In this document: positions 37,061 to 50,250 of the stretch, in pieces | Layout of the letters: each line of letters starts with the position of its first letter | Position numbering within the stretch: the first letter of the stretch is position 1 | Source of the DNA: Macrostomum hystrix | Taxonomy: Eukaryota > Animalia > Platyhelminthes | Length of the DNA stretch: 64,000 nt | Assembly (NCBI GenBank): GCA_950097015.1 | Contig: CATNEN010000039.1 | Location: forward strand, 19,654,001-19,718,000 | Reading direction: 5' to 3' | The notes under the pieces: model-generated | The model's input: only the letters and a program-made list of their open reading frames with translations | Databases searched by the model: none | Told to the model about the DNA's origin: nothing | Program-made: the position numbers and the translations under genes

Positions 37061-37875
37061 CATGCAGCCCCAAGGTGATACATGTACATGTACTATGCGC
37101 ATAGTGTCTCGATGAAGTAAAAAACATCAGTAGCTGGCAATTATAACTAACTGCTACTTGTAAGTGTATCGCTCGTGTTAAGATGTTCTGATCAATGTAT
37201 TTCGCCTTCCAATGCATACTCTCTGTAAAAATGCAAGCTTTTAATTTGCCGTCGCAATACTATTGCATGATAGTATACCCAATCATATTGTAAATATATT
37301 CTAATTTATTACTTTATAATTTCATTACTCTACCGTTCGAGAGCCATTGCAGCCAAAGACAATCTGTCCCTTATCTCATTTTTTCCTTTTCTGTGTCATA
37401 GTTTACGGGTCTCGCTCTCAGAACTTAAATCGTTCGAAGATGTTGCTCATCGAACAGTTCAAAAATATATTCTAGAGTTCGGCGTTTATCAACGGTGCTT
37501 TTTCCTCGTCCTCAGTGTCTTCCAATTTGAGTGTGTTGTAAATGTCCAGCCCGGTGTCACCGATGACGTGCAGGAACAAATTAATTCAGCGCTTAACGAT
37601 GCCTGTGGCCCTGAGGTAGATCAAGAATTTCTGACGCCATCGTTTTTAAGTCTCTTTGGAGTCAGTCTCCAACTCTCGTTGCGATTTCAGGTGTTCCTCA
37701 AGCGAGGACAAGAGCAAAGCTCAATTGTTCTTTTCGGCTTCAGCCGATACATAAGCACACGCAGAGCCAGAAGCGATTCAATAATAAGGTTGCGAGAGAG
37801 AACGCGATAGCTTGTACAACTAGCTAGACCTGTTTACACACTTGCACAAACGCTACATATTACAATCTTCTCTGC

Positions 37876-38425
37876 TGTCACTGCTCACCATCTCATCAGC
37901 TGTCACTGCTCACCATCTCATCAGTTGTCACTGCTCACCATCTCATCAGCTGTCACTGCTCACCATCTCATCAGTTGTCACTGCTCACCATCTCATCAGC
38001 TGTCCCTGCTCACCATCTCATCAGCTGTCACTGCTCACCATCTCATCAGCTGTCACTGCTCACCATCTCATCAGCTGTCCCTGCTCACCATCTCATCAGC
38101 TGTCACTGCTCACCATCTCATCAGCTGTCACTGCTCACCATCTCATCAGTTGTCACTGCTCACCATCTCATCAGCTGTCACTGCTCACCATCTCATCAGT
38201 TGTCACTGCTCACCATCTCATCAGTTGTCACTGCTCACCATCTCATCAGTTGTCACTGCTCACCATCTCATCAGTTGTCACTGCTCACCATCTCATCAGC
38301 TGTCCCTGCTCACCATCTCATCAGCTGTCACTGCTCACCATCTCATCAGCTGTCACTGCTCACTATCTCATCAGTTGTCACTGCTCACCATCTCATCAGC
38401 TGTCACTGCTCACCATCTCATCAGC
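37876..38425. repeat. Minisatellite, 22 x 25-bp unit TGTCACTGCTCACCATCTCATCAG(C/T)
   Basis: Direct tandem repetition, 550 bp. Confidence 0.97.
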
Positions 38426-38926
38426 TTAGTAGCAGTCGCCAGCTTTCACCCCATCAAAGTCCTAGATAGCTGGACCCAATAGCTATGTACTCTAGCGGCT
38501 ATGAATTTCAAATTTACTTGAAATCTGAAATCATTTGTTAGTTGATCCACACTAAATTATTATTACCCCCAGGCCTGGGTACGCTTTTGAGTTAAGTTAG
38601 GTAAAAATGTTATGAGGCTTTTAAATTAGCTTAAATTAAACTGCAGTTGAGTTTATGGCATCCTGGCTGCATCCTGCCAGGCACGCAACTGCACAGCTCC
38701 TATCCATTCTTTTTAGTCGCATCCTCGCTTGCATGTTGAGTTGTCTTTTTTCTTTCCACCCTCAATATAGTTTGAACAATCCAATTAAATAAGCAAAAAA
38801 CGCAGCGTTGCTATGCATGCATCCCGCCCAGGGACAAACGCTATAAATGCAGAAAATGTATTTGCCTAAACCTCGACGTGACCATAAAACTCCGCTGTGC
38901 CAGTTTGACAAGAAAATAATTCGGTT

Positions 38927-39626
38927 ATGAAGCCAGTTCTGCTCACGGCCTGCTCAGCCATCGGCCTCTTGGCTGTGCTCACCTGCGCTGCAGGCCGGGT
39001 TTACCTGAGCTCCTACGTTGGCTGCTACGAGGACTATTCCGGGGGGAGAGACCTCGGCGGCCAACGGCCTGTATTACCCTAGCATGACGCATGAGTACTG
39101 CGCCAGCGTGTGCTCCGTCGGCGGGTTTCTCTATTTCGGTGTTCAGTACTCATCCTTCTGCGGCAATTCCTACGGCCGGTACAGACAGTACTTGACCAGC
39201 AGTTGCAGCCAAACCTGCGGCGGCAATTCAGCCCAGTTCTGCGGTCAGGCCTCCAATAACTCTGTGTACGCTCTGAACTATCCGAGTGAGTCGCTAACTC
39301 TCTGAGCAGTGGGTTCGCTCTCGGGCCTGGCATTGGCGCGGGGTACAAACGTTGACCGCGGCCCCTTTTAAATCCTTTAAATAATATTTTCAGACAACAA
39401 GCTCTTTACCAAGACTGACAGGCCTAGCCAGACTGTGAGCCCTGCCCCGGCTGCCGAGACGGCTGTTATTTTCGCCAGCGACATTCTGTGCCTCTTAGAG
39501 TGCCAGGCCCGCATCGACTGCCAGTTGGTGATCTTCGCGCAGGAGCGCCAGCAGTGCCACATGTTCCGCTTCTCCTACCTGCCAGCTGGGTACAATGTCA
39601 CCGGTGAATATTTACTGCGCGGATAA
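38927..39626 (+). pseudogene. Secreted WSC-domain + PAN/apple-like protein, frameshifted (exons 38927-39285, 39394-39626)
   Basis: Signal peptide, then YVGCYED..RDL in one frame (TAG at 39080). The rest of the WSC domain (MTHEYCASVC..YFGVQYS..CGN..C..TCGGNSAQFCG) is in the next frame. Exon 2 has CLLEC..C..QCHMF. TATAAA at about 38842. Confidence 0.7.
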
Positions 39627-40141
39627 GCGAGCAACCGGGTTTCATAACGAACAACCGCGAAGCTTACAGTCTTGATATGAGACCTGTCCTCTATTGCAGG
39701 AGTTGAGTTGGTGCAAGTGTCTTATCTAGGGCGAGACAATTATTTTGGCTACCATTTGGCCATTGGGAAGCTTTTGTGTGTAATCCCATTTACTCCCAAA
39801 AATGCAACTAAACTACCTTAGTAATTAGAGATTACATCCAATGACAGCTTTGATATAATTAGAGTTTCAGTAAAACTTCATTTCAACCTGCAACCCATGC
39901 GATTCCAGAATAGAAAACTAATTGGCATAAATTAATTGGACAGTTTTGAGTAAATATCACTACATGGCTAATTAGGCACCGCAGTGTTCTACGCTCGTAG
40001 AATAGCGAAGAACGTTATTTCTAGCTCATGACCGGCTAATTAAATTGATGCGCAATTAGTTGATTGCCTACTGCATTGTCCGTAACCCAAGTGAGCAGGT
40101 GACTGATGCTACTAGAGAAATAAATAACACCACAGTTGTTG

Positions 40142-41750
40142 TAACAGACACCCCATCAATGCACTGCAGATAACAGACACCCCATCAATGCACTGCAGAT
40201 ACCAGACACCCCATCAATACACTGCAGATACCAGACACCCCATCAATACACTGCAGATACCAGACACCCCATCAGTACACTGCAGATAACAGACACCCCA
40301 TCAATACACTGCAGATAACAGACACCCCATCAATGCACTGCAGATAACAGACACCCCATCAATGCACTGCAGATACCAGACACCCCATCAATGCACTGCA
40401 GATAACAGACACCCCATCAGTGCACTGCAGATAACAGACACCCCATCAATACACTGCAGATAACAGACACCCCATCAGTACACTGCAGATAACAGACACC
40501 CCATCAATGCACTGCAGATAACAGACACCCCATCAGTACACTGCAGATAACAGACACCCCATCAATGCACTGCAGATAACAGACACCCCATCAGTACACT
40601 GCAGATAACAGACACCCCATCAATGCACTGCAGATAACAGACACCCCATCAGTACACTGCAGATAACAGACACCCCATCAATGCACTGCAGATAACAGAC
40701 ACCCCATCAATGCACTGCAGATAACAGACACCCCATCAATGCACTGCAGATAACAGACAGCCCATCAATACACTGCAGATAACAGACACCCCATCAATAC
40801 ACTGCAGATAACAGACACCCCATCAATACACTGCAGATAACAGACACCCCATCAATACACTTCAGATAACAGACACCCCATCAATGCACTGCAGATAACA
40901 GACACCCCATCAATGCACTGCAGATAACAGACAGCCCATCAATACACTGCAGATACCAGACACCCCATCAATGCACTGCAGATAACAGATACCCCATCAA
41001 TACAGTGCAGATAACAGGCACCCCATCAATGCACTGCAGATAACAGACACCCCATCAATGCACTGCAGATAACAGATACCCCATCAATACAGTGCAGATA
41101 ACAGACACCCCATCAATACACTGCAGATAACAGACACCCCGTCAATGCACTGCAGATAACAGACACCCCATCAGTGCACTGCAGATAACAGACACCCCAT
41201 CAATATACTGCAGATACCAGACACCCCATCAATGCACTGCAGATAACAGACACCCCATCAATGCACTGCAGATAACAGACACCCCATCAATGCACTGCAG
41301 ATAACAGACACCCCATCAATGCACTGTAGATAACAGACACCCCATCAGTACACTGCAGATAACAGACACCCCATCAATACACTGCAGATAACAGACACCC
41401 CATCAGTACACTGCAGATAACAGACACCCCATCAATGCACTGCAGATAACAGACACCCCATCAATGCACTGCAGATAACAGACACCCCATCAATGCACTG
41501 CAGATAACAGACACCCCATCAATGCACTGCAGATAACAGACACCCCATCAATGCACTGCAGATAACAGACACCCCATCAATGCACTGCAGATAACAGACA
41601 CCCCTTCAATGCACTGCAGATAACAGACACCCCTTCAATGCACTGCAGATAACAGACACCCCTTCAATGAACTGCAGATACCCGACACCCCATCAATACA
41701 CTGCAGATACCAGACACCCATCAATGCACTGTAGATGACGGACACCCCGT
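40142..41750. repeat. Minisatellite, 29-bp unit TAACAGACACCCCATCAAT(G/A)CACTGCAGA
   Basis: About 55 tandem copies. Confidence 0.97.
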
Positions 41751-42620
41751 AGAGATTTGTTATGTAATATTTCAGCTAATTCCAGGGAAAAGAAAAAGTA
41801 AAAGCAAGTTTTATGCTAAACATTATTCGTAAAGTATGAGAACGCAACGTGCTGCTAAAATTGATAAACTTATTGAGTTTATAACTAACTGTACGGTAGA
41901 AATACAGAAGAAAATTTTTCAGTAGCTGAGACAACAGTATGTGTAACCCTTCCAGGCCAAGGGTTTTAGGGGCTGGGCCGTGTGTAATCCAGATGGGTAC
42001 ACAACATAGAAGCTCGTGAGTGCATGGAGACACGATTTGAAGATGCGCTTGAGAGCTAGCCGCCCATTTTATCCAGGGTGCAGCCTAAGGCCAATACTAT
42101 ATACGCTCGTAGGGTTGTAAAAACTGAAATTTGCTAAGTAGACTCTTACTAGAAATTGTAGCAAAACAGGCAAGACATAGAAGGTGGAGGTGGGTAGATC
42201 TGCTTTGTTGAAGTATTATTAAGTTCATTGTCTCTTAGTGAAAGAAATGCTTCACTCGGGGGAGCCGCAATGCCTGGGCAGCATTCTAGCAGTATCTCAG
42301 CAGCATTATCGCTTCTTAGAGATTCCTTTTAGTCTTGTATTTTATTGCAGGCCACCCCTGCAGCAGCCCATGCGTGGGAGTCTGCACACTGCAGATAGCT
42401 TTAGTTACTCGGCTTTTCTGGGATGGGTTGAAGGGCCGGATCATTGTGCCAGTGTACTGCATCGTGCGATTCCCGCAGAGCACTAAATGTCTCCAATGCA
42501 GACTACTATTTAACAGGCCGGAGCAGGCAGCACACCTACGGGGGAACGCAGAGAACTAGAACCGAGAGAAGAAACTGGGTCTGGCTTAGGAAGGTGACAG
42601 GCTCGATTTAAAATTGTGAG

Positions 42621-43397
42621 ATGCTGTCGAACTCAAACTGGACAAGAAACAGCACTCATTCTCCTGAGCATTCATTGATCGCACTGGCGCCTAAGTCGGC
42701 GCTCACTGTTTTTCTGGCCCTCGTGCTGCTTTCGATTGGCTTCGGCATTTCTAAACTGATTAATCGCTGCTACAAACGGAGACACTTGAGAGACGATCGC
42801 AGCGATGTCAGCGAGCACACGCGCCACCTGCTGCGGTTGCAGAAGGCAACAAGGCGCGGCCTGCTGCAACGACGCAACCGCGACAAAGAAATTTCGGAGG
42901 AAGAGAGGCAGCAGTGGCAGATGACCGTGCTAAGCATGTGGCAGCGTCGGCCTGAAGAGGAGAACGAGGAGGACATGGATCCGCACACGGCCATGCTGAG
43001 CCGACTACGCAACGCCTGGCTGCTCAAGCACCATCGAGGTAGGCAGCATACGCCAGGAACGGAAAACGGCCGCAAGAAGCGCACAGAGGAGGAGCTACAA
43101 GCCGAGGTGAAGCGGGTGGCGCTCGCCTGGCTGGCTGCTAGTCGCGCGTCGGCCGCCGTAATGCGCCGAAATCAGCGACGCCGATTGGCCAGTCACTACG
43201 CCATGATGCGCAGGCTTAGTAGGGCCTGGCGCCAGCACTTGGGCGCAATCAGCGAGGCGACATCTGGCGACTCCGACAATGATAGCTACACGACGGTGAC
43301 AGACGGACTGGCGAATGATTTCTCGGGCGACGCAGACTTGGAGGCTGCTTCGTCGCATCGGCCAGGAACTGATGGCTACTCGTGCCAGCTGCTGTGA
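42621..43397 (+). CDS. Orphan single-pass membrane protein (258 aa, single exon)
   Basis: ATG-initiated GC-rich ORF. N-terminal NxS/T sequons, one TM helix (ALTVFLALVLLSIGFGISKLI) followed by basic residues, helical cytoplasmic tail. Confidence 0.7.
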   Translation: MLSNSNWTRNSTHSPEHSLIALAPKSALTVFLALVLLSIGFGISKLINRCYKRRHLRDDRSDVSEHTRHLLRLQKATRRGLLQRRNRDKEISEEERQQWQMTVLSMWQRRPEEENEEDMDPHTAMLSRLRNAWLLKHHRGRQHTPGTENGRKKRTEEELQAEVKRVALAWLAASRASAAVMRRNQRRRLASHYAMMRRLSRAWRQHLGAISEATSGDSDNDSYTTVTDGLANDFSGDADLEAASSHRPGTDGYSCQLL

Positions 43398-43799
43398 TTT
43401 TGTCAGCTGATTGCTTGCTTGCTATATTCTCGCATTTATCTGTTATAAATATACGAGTGTAAATGGTAAATCATTTTGCATTCGCTTTCGCAATCATGTA
43501 CTAGGCTTTGCTTGCTTGGCCTGAGACTTTTTAAAACTCATTATTTAATTTTGGTGTTTTCAATGAATATTAATTGTGTCTTTATAAGCGATTGGTGGAG
43601 GAGCGTAGCAACACGAAACCAAAAGGCACCAAGTTTTCTTCCTTTAATTAAAAATGTGACGATCGATCAGATCATCGCGTAACAATACACAAGAAAACTG
43701 TACATGGAACTGATGTAATAAGATTGAAAAGCATTGAATTTCGAAAATCCATAAGTTAGAACTAAGTTCGATCACTGAGAAAAAATCACATGTACAGAC

Positions 43800-45985
43800 A
43801 CGTCGACGTCAGACACACAAACGCACAGACATTTTGATGTCAGACGCACAAACGCACAGACATTTTGATGTCAGACGCACAAACGCACAGACATTTTGAT
43901 GTCGGACACACAAACGCACAGACATTTTGATGTCAGACACACAAACGCACATACATTTTGATGTCAGACACACAAACACACAGACATTTTGATGTCGGAC
44001 ACACAAACAACGCACAGACATTTTGACGTCGGACACACAAACGCACAGACATTTTGACGTCGGACACACAAACGCACAGAAATTTTGACGTCAGACACAC
44101 AAACGCACAGACATTTTGATGTCAGACGCACAAACGCACAGACATTTTGATGTCAGACGCACAAACGCACAGACATTTTGATGTCGGACACACAAACGCA
44201 CAGACATTTTGATGTCGGACACACAAACGCACAGACATTTTGATGTCAGACGCACAAACACACAGACATTTTGATGTCGGACACACAAACAACGCACAGA
44301 CATTTTGACGTCGGACACACAAACGCACAGACATTTTGACGTCGGACACACAAACGCACAGAAATTTTGATGTCGGACACACAAACGCACAGACATTTCG
44401 TCGTCAGACACACAAACGCACAGACATTTTGATGTCGGACACACAAACGCACAGACATTTTGATGTCAGACACACAAACGCACAGACATTTTGACGTCAG
44501 ACACACAAACGCACAGACATTTTGATGTCGGACACACAAACGCACAGAAATTTTGATGTAGGACACACAAACGCACAGAAATTTTGACGTCAGACACACA
44601 AACGCACAGACATTTTGATGTCAGACACACAAACGCACAGACATTTTGACGTCAGACACACAAACGCACAGACATTTTGACGTCGGACACACAAACGCAC
44701 AGAAATTTTGATGTCGGACACACAAACAACGCACAGACATTTTGACGTCGGACACACAAACGCACAGACATTTTGACGTCGGACACACAAACGCACAGAC
44801 ATTTTGACGTCGGACACACAAACGCACAGACATTTTGATGTCAGACACACAAACACACAGACATTTTGATGTCGGACACACAAACAACGCACAGACATTT
44901 TGACGTCGGACACACAAACGCACAGACATTTTGACGTCGGACACACAAACGCACAGACATTTCGTCGTCAGACACACAAACGCACAGACATTTTGATGTC
45001 GGACACACAAACGCACAGAAATTTTGATGTAGGACACACAAACGCACAGAAATTTTGACGTCAGACACACAAACGCACAGACATTTTGATGTCAGACACA
45101 CAAACGCACAGACATTTTGACGTCGGACACACAAACGCACAGACATTTTGACGTCGGACACACAAACGCACAGACATTTCGTCGTCAGACACACAAACGC
45201 ACAGACATTTTGATGTCGGACACACAAACGCACAGAAATTTTGATGTAGGACACACAAACGCACAGAAATTTTGACGTCAGACACACAAACGCACAGACA
45301 TTTTGATGTCAGACACACAAACGCACAGACATTTTGACGTCAGACACACAAACGCACAGACATTTTGATGTCGGACACACAAACGCACAGACATTTTGAT
45401 GTCGGACACACAAACGCACAGACATTTTGATGTCAGACACACAAACACACAGACATTTTGATGTCGGACACACAAACAACGCACAGACATTTTGACGTCG
45501 GACACACAAACGCACAGACATTTTGACGTCGGACACACAAACGCACAGACATTTTGATGTCAGACACACAAACACACAGACATTTTGATGTCGGACACAC
45601 AAACAACGCACAGACATTTTGACGTCGGACACACAAACGCACAGACATTTTGACGTCGGACACACAAACGCACAGAAATTTTGATGTCGGACACACAAAC
45701 GCACAGACATTTCGTCGTCAGACACACAAACGCACAGACATTTTGATGTCGGACACACAAACGCACAGACATTTTGATGTCAGACACACAAACGCACAGA
45801 CATTTTGACGTCAGACACACAAACGCACAGACATTTTGATGTCGGACACACAAACGCACAGACATTTTGATGTCGGACACACAAACGCACAGACATTTTG
45901 ATGTCAGACACACAAACACACAGACATTTTGATGTCGGACACACAAACAACGCACAGACATTTTGACGTCGGACACACAAACGCA
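43800..45985. repeat. Satellite, 31-bp unit GTC(A/G)GACACACAAACGCACAGACATTTTGA(T/C) with 34-bp variants
   Basis: About 70 tandem copies. This explains all the CVCVSD-type ORFs in the track. Confidence 0.97.
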
Positions 45986-46736
45986 AAGCAACTTTCCATG
46001 GCAGAGACACAACTAGCGCGACGACACGATCGCTTAAAGCACTTGTGTATGAGTTCACGTGCATTTTTAGTAAGTTTATTTCTTTTAAGTTTTATAAAGT
46101 TTGCGTGTCTTGACTAAATCCATTGAAACTGTTCCTCTTGGTAAGACTCCATGCCGAATTTATGCCCTACATAGAAGCTAAAAATTTGTTACCACATGAT
46201 TTTAAAGTTTTTTTACATTCTCAAAAGCAATTTGAGAGTAAGCTACATACAGCCAAGGAATATAGAAAAAATTAATAAGAACCTTCTAAAAACTAATCTA
46301 AATCGATTCAATCGAATACGGAATTCTCCCAGAAGCAGCTGGGTTTTATTAAAAGCATCTTTTGCTAAGCTCCTAGCAACAAAAAGTTTTTCTTGCAACA
46401 AAAACAAATTCAAAAACTTCCGTCAAAGCTTGAACTAAACTTTTAAAATGCTTAGTTGATGTTTTTCAAAAAGTTTGCAGCAGATGACACAAAATATGTA
46501 ACTTGTTTTCAAATCAGGATGCAGTGTTAAAAACTAACGTGTGCCTGCATGGTTACATAAAAAACTGCCTTCTTAACCTCTTCTGAAAGCATATTAAACA
46601 CCGAAAACAAGGTATCCCAGACCCGGTCTTTGGTTCCCGCTCAGTCGCTTAAGTGCGCTCAAACTAAACTCTTCAGCGGCGAATTTGTTAGCGATTCAGG
46701 CGCCGCTACACAATTCTCGGATACTTAAAAAATACA

Positions 46737-47759
46737 ATGCAACTTCTACTGATTGTACTCGCATCTGTGTCTGTGGTATCAACGGATGCACAGGCTTCTG
46801 GAACTCGAGAATGGCTTCGCAGCAACGATAATCCGCTTCTCTATAGGCTAGTCCAGTCGCAGATGACGCAGACGCTGATTCAGTGCACAGCGGCCGCCAG
46901 CAGACTGGCTACAGCCCAGCTCGTGGTCTACAACTCCAGCTCTAAGAGCTGCTCAGCCTATTCGTGTCCGATGCCGTTGCCCGCTGACTGCAGGAAGTGC
47001 CGCAACATTAACTCGGCCAATCCGAAAGTTTGGGTAAGTTTCTGACGCTCTGATCGCTTCTTAGTCAAGATATTCTGGTCATTTGTCACTCGTCAAGCTC
47101 GCCTTGATTTCAGATCCTCAAACAGCTCGCAAACACCTGCTGGACCACGATCCAGCACCGAGTATCCAACACTGTGGACTTTGTTCGCACCTGGGCTGAC
47201 TACAAGGCCGGATTCGGAGACGGACCCGATGTGAACTTCTGGATTGGTATGTGATTCTCACTCGGTACATGTTCTGTGAGTACAGTGCTCATAACTGCAG
47301 TGCACCTGCTTGACCACTCGCGCTGCAGGTCTGGACGCGATCCGGTATCTCACGTCGCCTAGCGGAGGTCGCAAGCTCAGGTTCGAAATGAAGCCGTGGA
47401 ACGGCAGCGTGAGCTGGGCGCAGTACTCCAGCTTCTCCGTTGGACCCGAGACTGACGGCTACCGACTGAGCGTGTCCGGCTTCTCCAGCAGTCACTCCGC
47501 CATCGGCGACTCTTTCAGCGCGACTAACGGCTTCAAGTTTAGCACCAAGGATGTCGACAATGATGGATCGTCCGGCACCAACTGTGCTTTGTACTACAAC
47601 GGCGCCTGGTGGTTCAACGCCTGCTCGCTGATGCACGCCAACGGGCTGTACCACACCCTGCCCACGGCGCTGAACACACCGGCCGGACAGGGCATTGTGT
47701 GGGTGAACGGCTTCGGCTTCACCTACTCGCTCAAGGAGATTGAGATGCTGGTGTACTGA
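46737..47759 (+). CDS. Secreted fibrinogen-related protein A: PAN-like N-terminal module + fibrinogen C-terminal domain (exons 46737-47033, 47114-47246, 47329-47759; about 286 aa)
   Basis: Signal peptide, [57 protein letters not shown]. Introns in phase. Confidence 0.92.
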
Positions 47760-48247
47760 CGAATTTTTATCAACTAATAATTTAAGAAGTGATTGAAAAC
47801 TATTGCTTTACTGATTTGCATCGCGTGATTGAAGACCAATGACTTTGACATCGTTTTAAAGAACAATGGTTACGTTCGGAAATATGACAGGAAATGATAT
47901 ATCATTTGACTTTGCCTCCAAAAACCTATCTTGGATTTTTAACGACGACCGATATACCCTCGCATAATTTAGATTTCTTGTATCTATCCAAAGCAACCAT
48001 GAAAGCACAAGCGTGTCTATTTTATCGATTTTTCACAGCAAAGCCTTAAAACGTAGCCTTGGTAGTGGAAGGTGGGACACGGGTTTTTATTATTGATTGT
48101 TGCCAAAATTTTCCTTCACCTCCAAGGAGAGATGAGAATCATTTCTGCTTCGTTCTTAACCCACATTGATTCTTTTAATATTTGGCAATTTCCAGATTTT
48201 TTAATTTTCTTTTGTCTTTTGAAGTTCGTTTGATTGCATGGTGTTAT

Positions 48248-48681
48248 AATAATAATAATAATAATAGTTACACTCCACGCCGACCACAGAAGTGGCCAAG
48301 AGGGGGGAGCGTCAAAACGCGCGTTTCAGTGCCAGGTCTCTGACGTGCTTCACGCCTGCCGCCTGGCTGGGTGCTCGGGCGTCTTCAAAAAGGCGGTCAA
48401 TATAGCGGGCTGTACGTCCCTGGCCGCGCCTGCGCGGTCCCTGCGAGGTCCACAGCAGGACATCCTGCAGCGGCTCTGGGCAGTAGGCTTCGGCGCGGAT
48501 GACATGCCCGGCCAGCCGCAGTCGCCGCTGACTCAGCAGGACAGAAGGCCGCGTTAGGCGCGCACGCTGGTACAGGGACTCGGTTGTCTCGCTGCCAGGG
48601 CCGCGGCGGGCGCCGAAAGCGGCGCGAACTAGGGCCGCATGCGCCGCGTCGAGCTGCGCCTCGAGCGCCCCGGTCATCGTC
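48248..48681 (-). mobile_element. 5'-truncated RTE-like non-LTR retrotransposon (3' end)
   Basis: C-terminal peptide RRLRLAGHVIR..GPRRRGQGR..YID, (TTA)n tail, 11-bp TSD CATGGTGTTAT (48237-48247, 48682-48692). Confidence 0.85.
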
Positions 48682-49172
48682 CATGGTGTTATGTTACTGT
48701 TATGTTATGTAGCTCGTATGTTGATGTTACTAACTGACTTGCAGTCTTGGTGTAAATGCCTTTTCAGATGAATTCTGTTTTAAAACGAAACGTATTCAGA
48801 AATATTGTTTTCTCAGATGCTTGCAAATATAGAAGCCTTAATCATCTAGGATATTTTTTCTCACGATTTTAAAGGCGTAACTTTGTTTATTTGAAAACAT
48901 CGCTATTTCCTAGAAACACCTGCATCCTCTGGGATTATATTTGCTGCTTTGATGCCATGGTAACCTATCCACTCGATATTTTTCGTTTTCGCGGTAAAGT
49001 AAACTATTGATTAAACACTCTGCATATATTGTCCATCACACAAGCGTTGTCCATATATTTTGCCTTTCAGACATGGCGCAAATGAACTTAATCTAATTTT
49101 CAGACTCGTCATGCTTTTATCATTAGTCCCTTGACACAGATATTTATAAACTTGTCCTAAAAAATTCGCGAA

Positions 49173-50250
49173 TTAGTAGACAAGCATCTCGATCTCCATC
49201 AGCGAGTAGCAGCAGCCGTAGCTGTCTAGCCAGATCAGGCCTTGTCCGTGGGCAGTATTCAGTGCCGTTGGTGGCACCTGGAATGGCCCATTCGGATGAC
49301 ACCTCGAGGCCGCATTAAACCACCAGGCGCCGTTATAGCTCAGCGCGACATTCACTGTCGAGACACCGTCGTTGTCCCTCTCATAGGTGCTGAACTTGCT
49401 GCCGGACATTGGGCCGAACGAGTCACCGATGAATGAGCCGCTGCTCGAGAATCCGGACACGCTGAGCTGGTACTGTGTAGCCTCGGACCCGACGGAGAAG
49501 CTTGAGTATTGCGCCCAGGTCTGGCTACCGTTCCAGTTCTTCATGAGAAACCTCAGCTTGCGACCGCCACTCACTGCGGTGTAGCTGTAGATTGCCTCCA
49601 GGCCTTGAAAGTGTGTTGAGAAACAATGGGAAATGCCAGTCTGTGTTTATTGGGATCAAGTGTGCTCAAGATCTCACCAATCCAGTAGTTGCCATCGGCT
49701 CCCTCTCCGAATGGCAGTTTGTACTCCGCCCAGGTGCGATAAAAGTTCACGCTGTTAGAAACTCTGTGCTGCAGAGTCTTCCAGCAGCCTTTGGCAGCAG
49801 CGCTCGGAATCTGAAAGAACAACATGTCCCACACATTGTAGAAACCCCTTCTAGCAAAAACGTTTCCCTGCTTCAACTGTATAGATTTTAGCGACACTTT
49901 AAGAGAAAATGGACTTAGCATGTTTTTTTTTCGGCGCGACTCACCCAGACTTGCTGCTTAGCGGAGTTCACATTGCGGCACTTCCTGCAGTCTGGCAGCA
50001 GGGACAGAGGGCACTTGTAGACTCGGCACTCGGCTGTGGAAGTGTTGAACAGCGCCAGCTGAGCTTCATTGCCCATCGAGCTGGCCACGGACAGGCACTG
50101 CACAGTTGAGTCTGCTGGTGCAACTGTGAGCAGCTCATATTCTAGCTGGTTGTCATAGCTGCGAGTCCACAAAGCCAGCAGAGTCTGCGCCGATGTTGGG
50201 TCATAGAGGCATGCGAAAGTAATCATCAATAGAAGATACAGGTGCCTCAT
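49173..50250 (-). CDS. Secreted fibrinogen-related protein B (exons 50250-49945, 49810-49678, 49603-49173; about 289 aa)
   Basis: Paralog of protein A with the same intron positions. Signal peptide, PAN-like module, FBG motifs. Confidence 0.92.

Noticed and set aside
40142-41750. CRISPR-like array (29-31 bp repeats)
   Set aside because: Units are contiguous with no unique spacers, there are no cas genes, and the context is eukaryotic.
37842-46064. Many Cys/His-rich ORFs (SLLTISS, CVCVSD types), and the similar ORF at 11129-11731
   Set aside because: Translations of minisatellites whose unit lengths (25, 28, 31) are not multiples of three.
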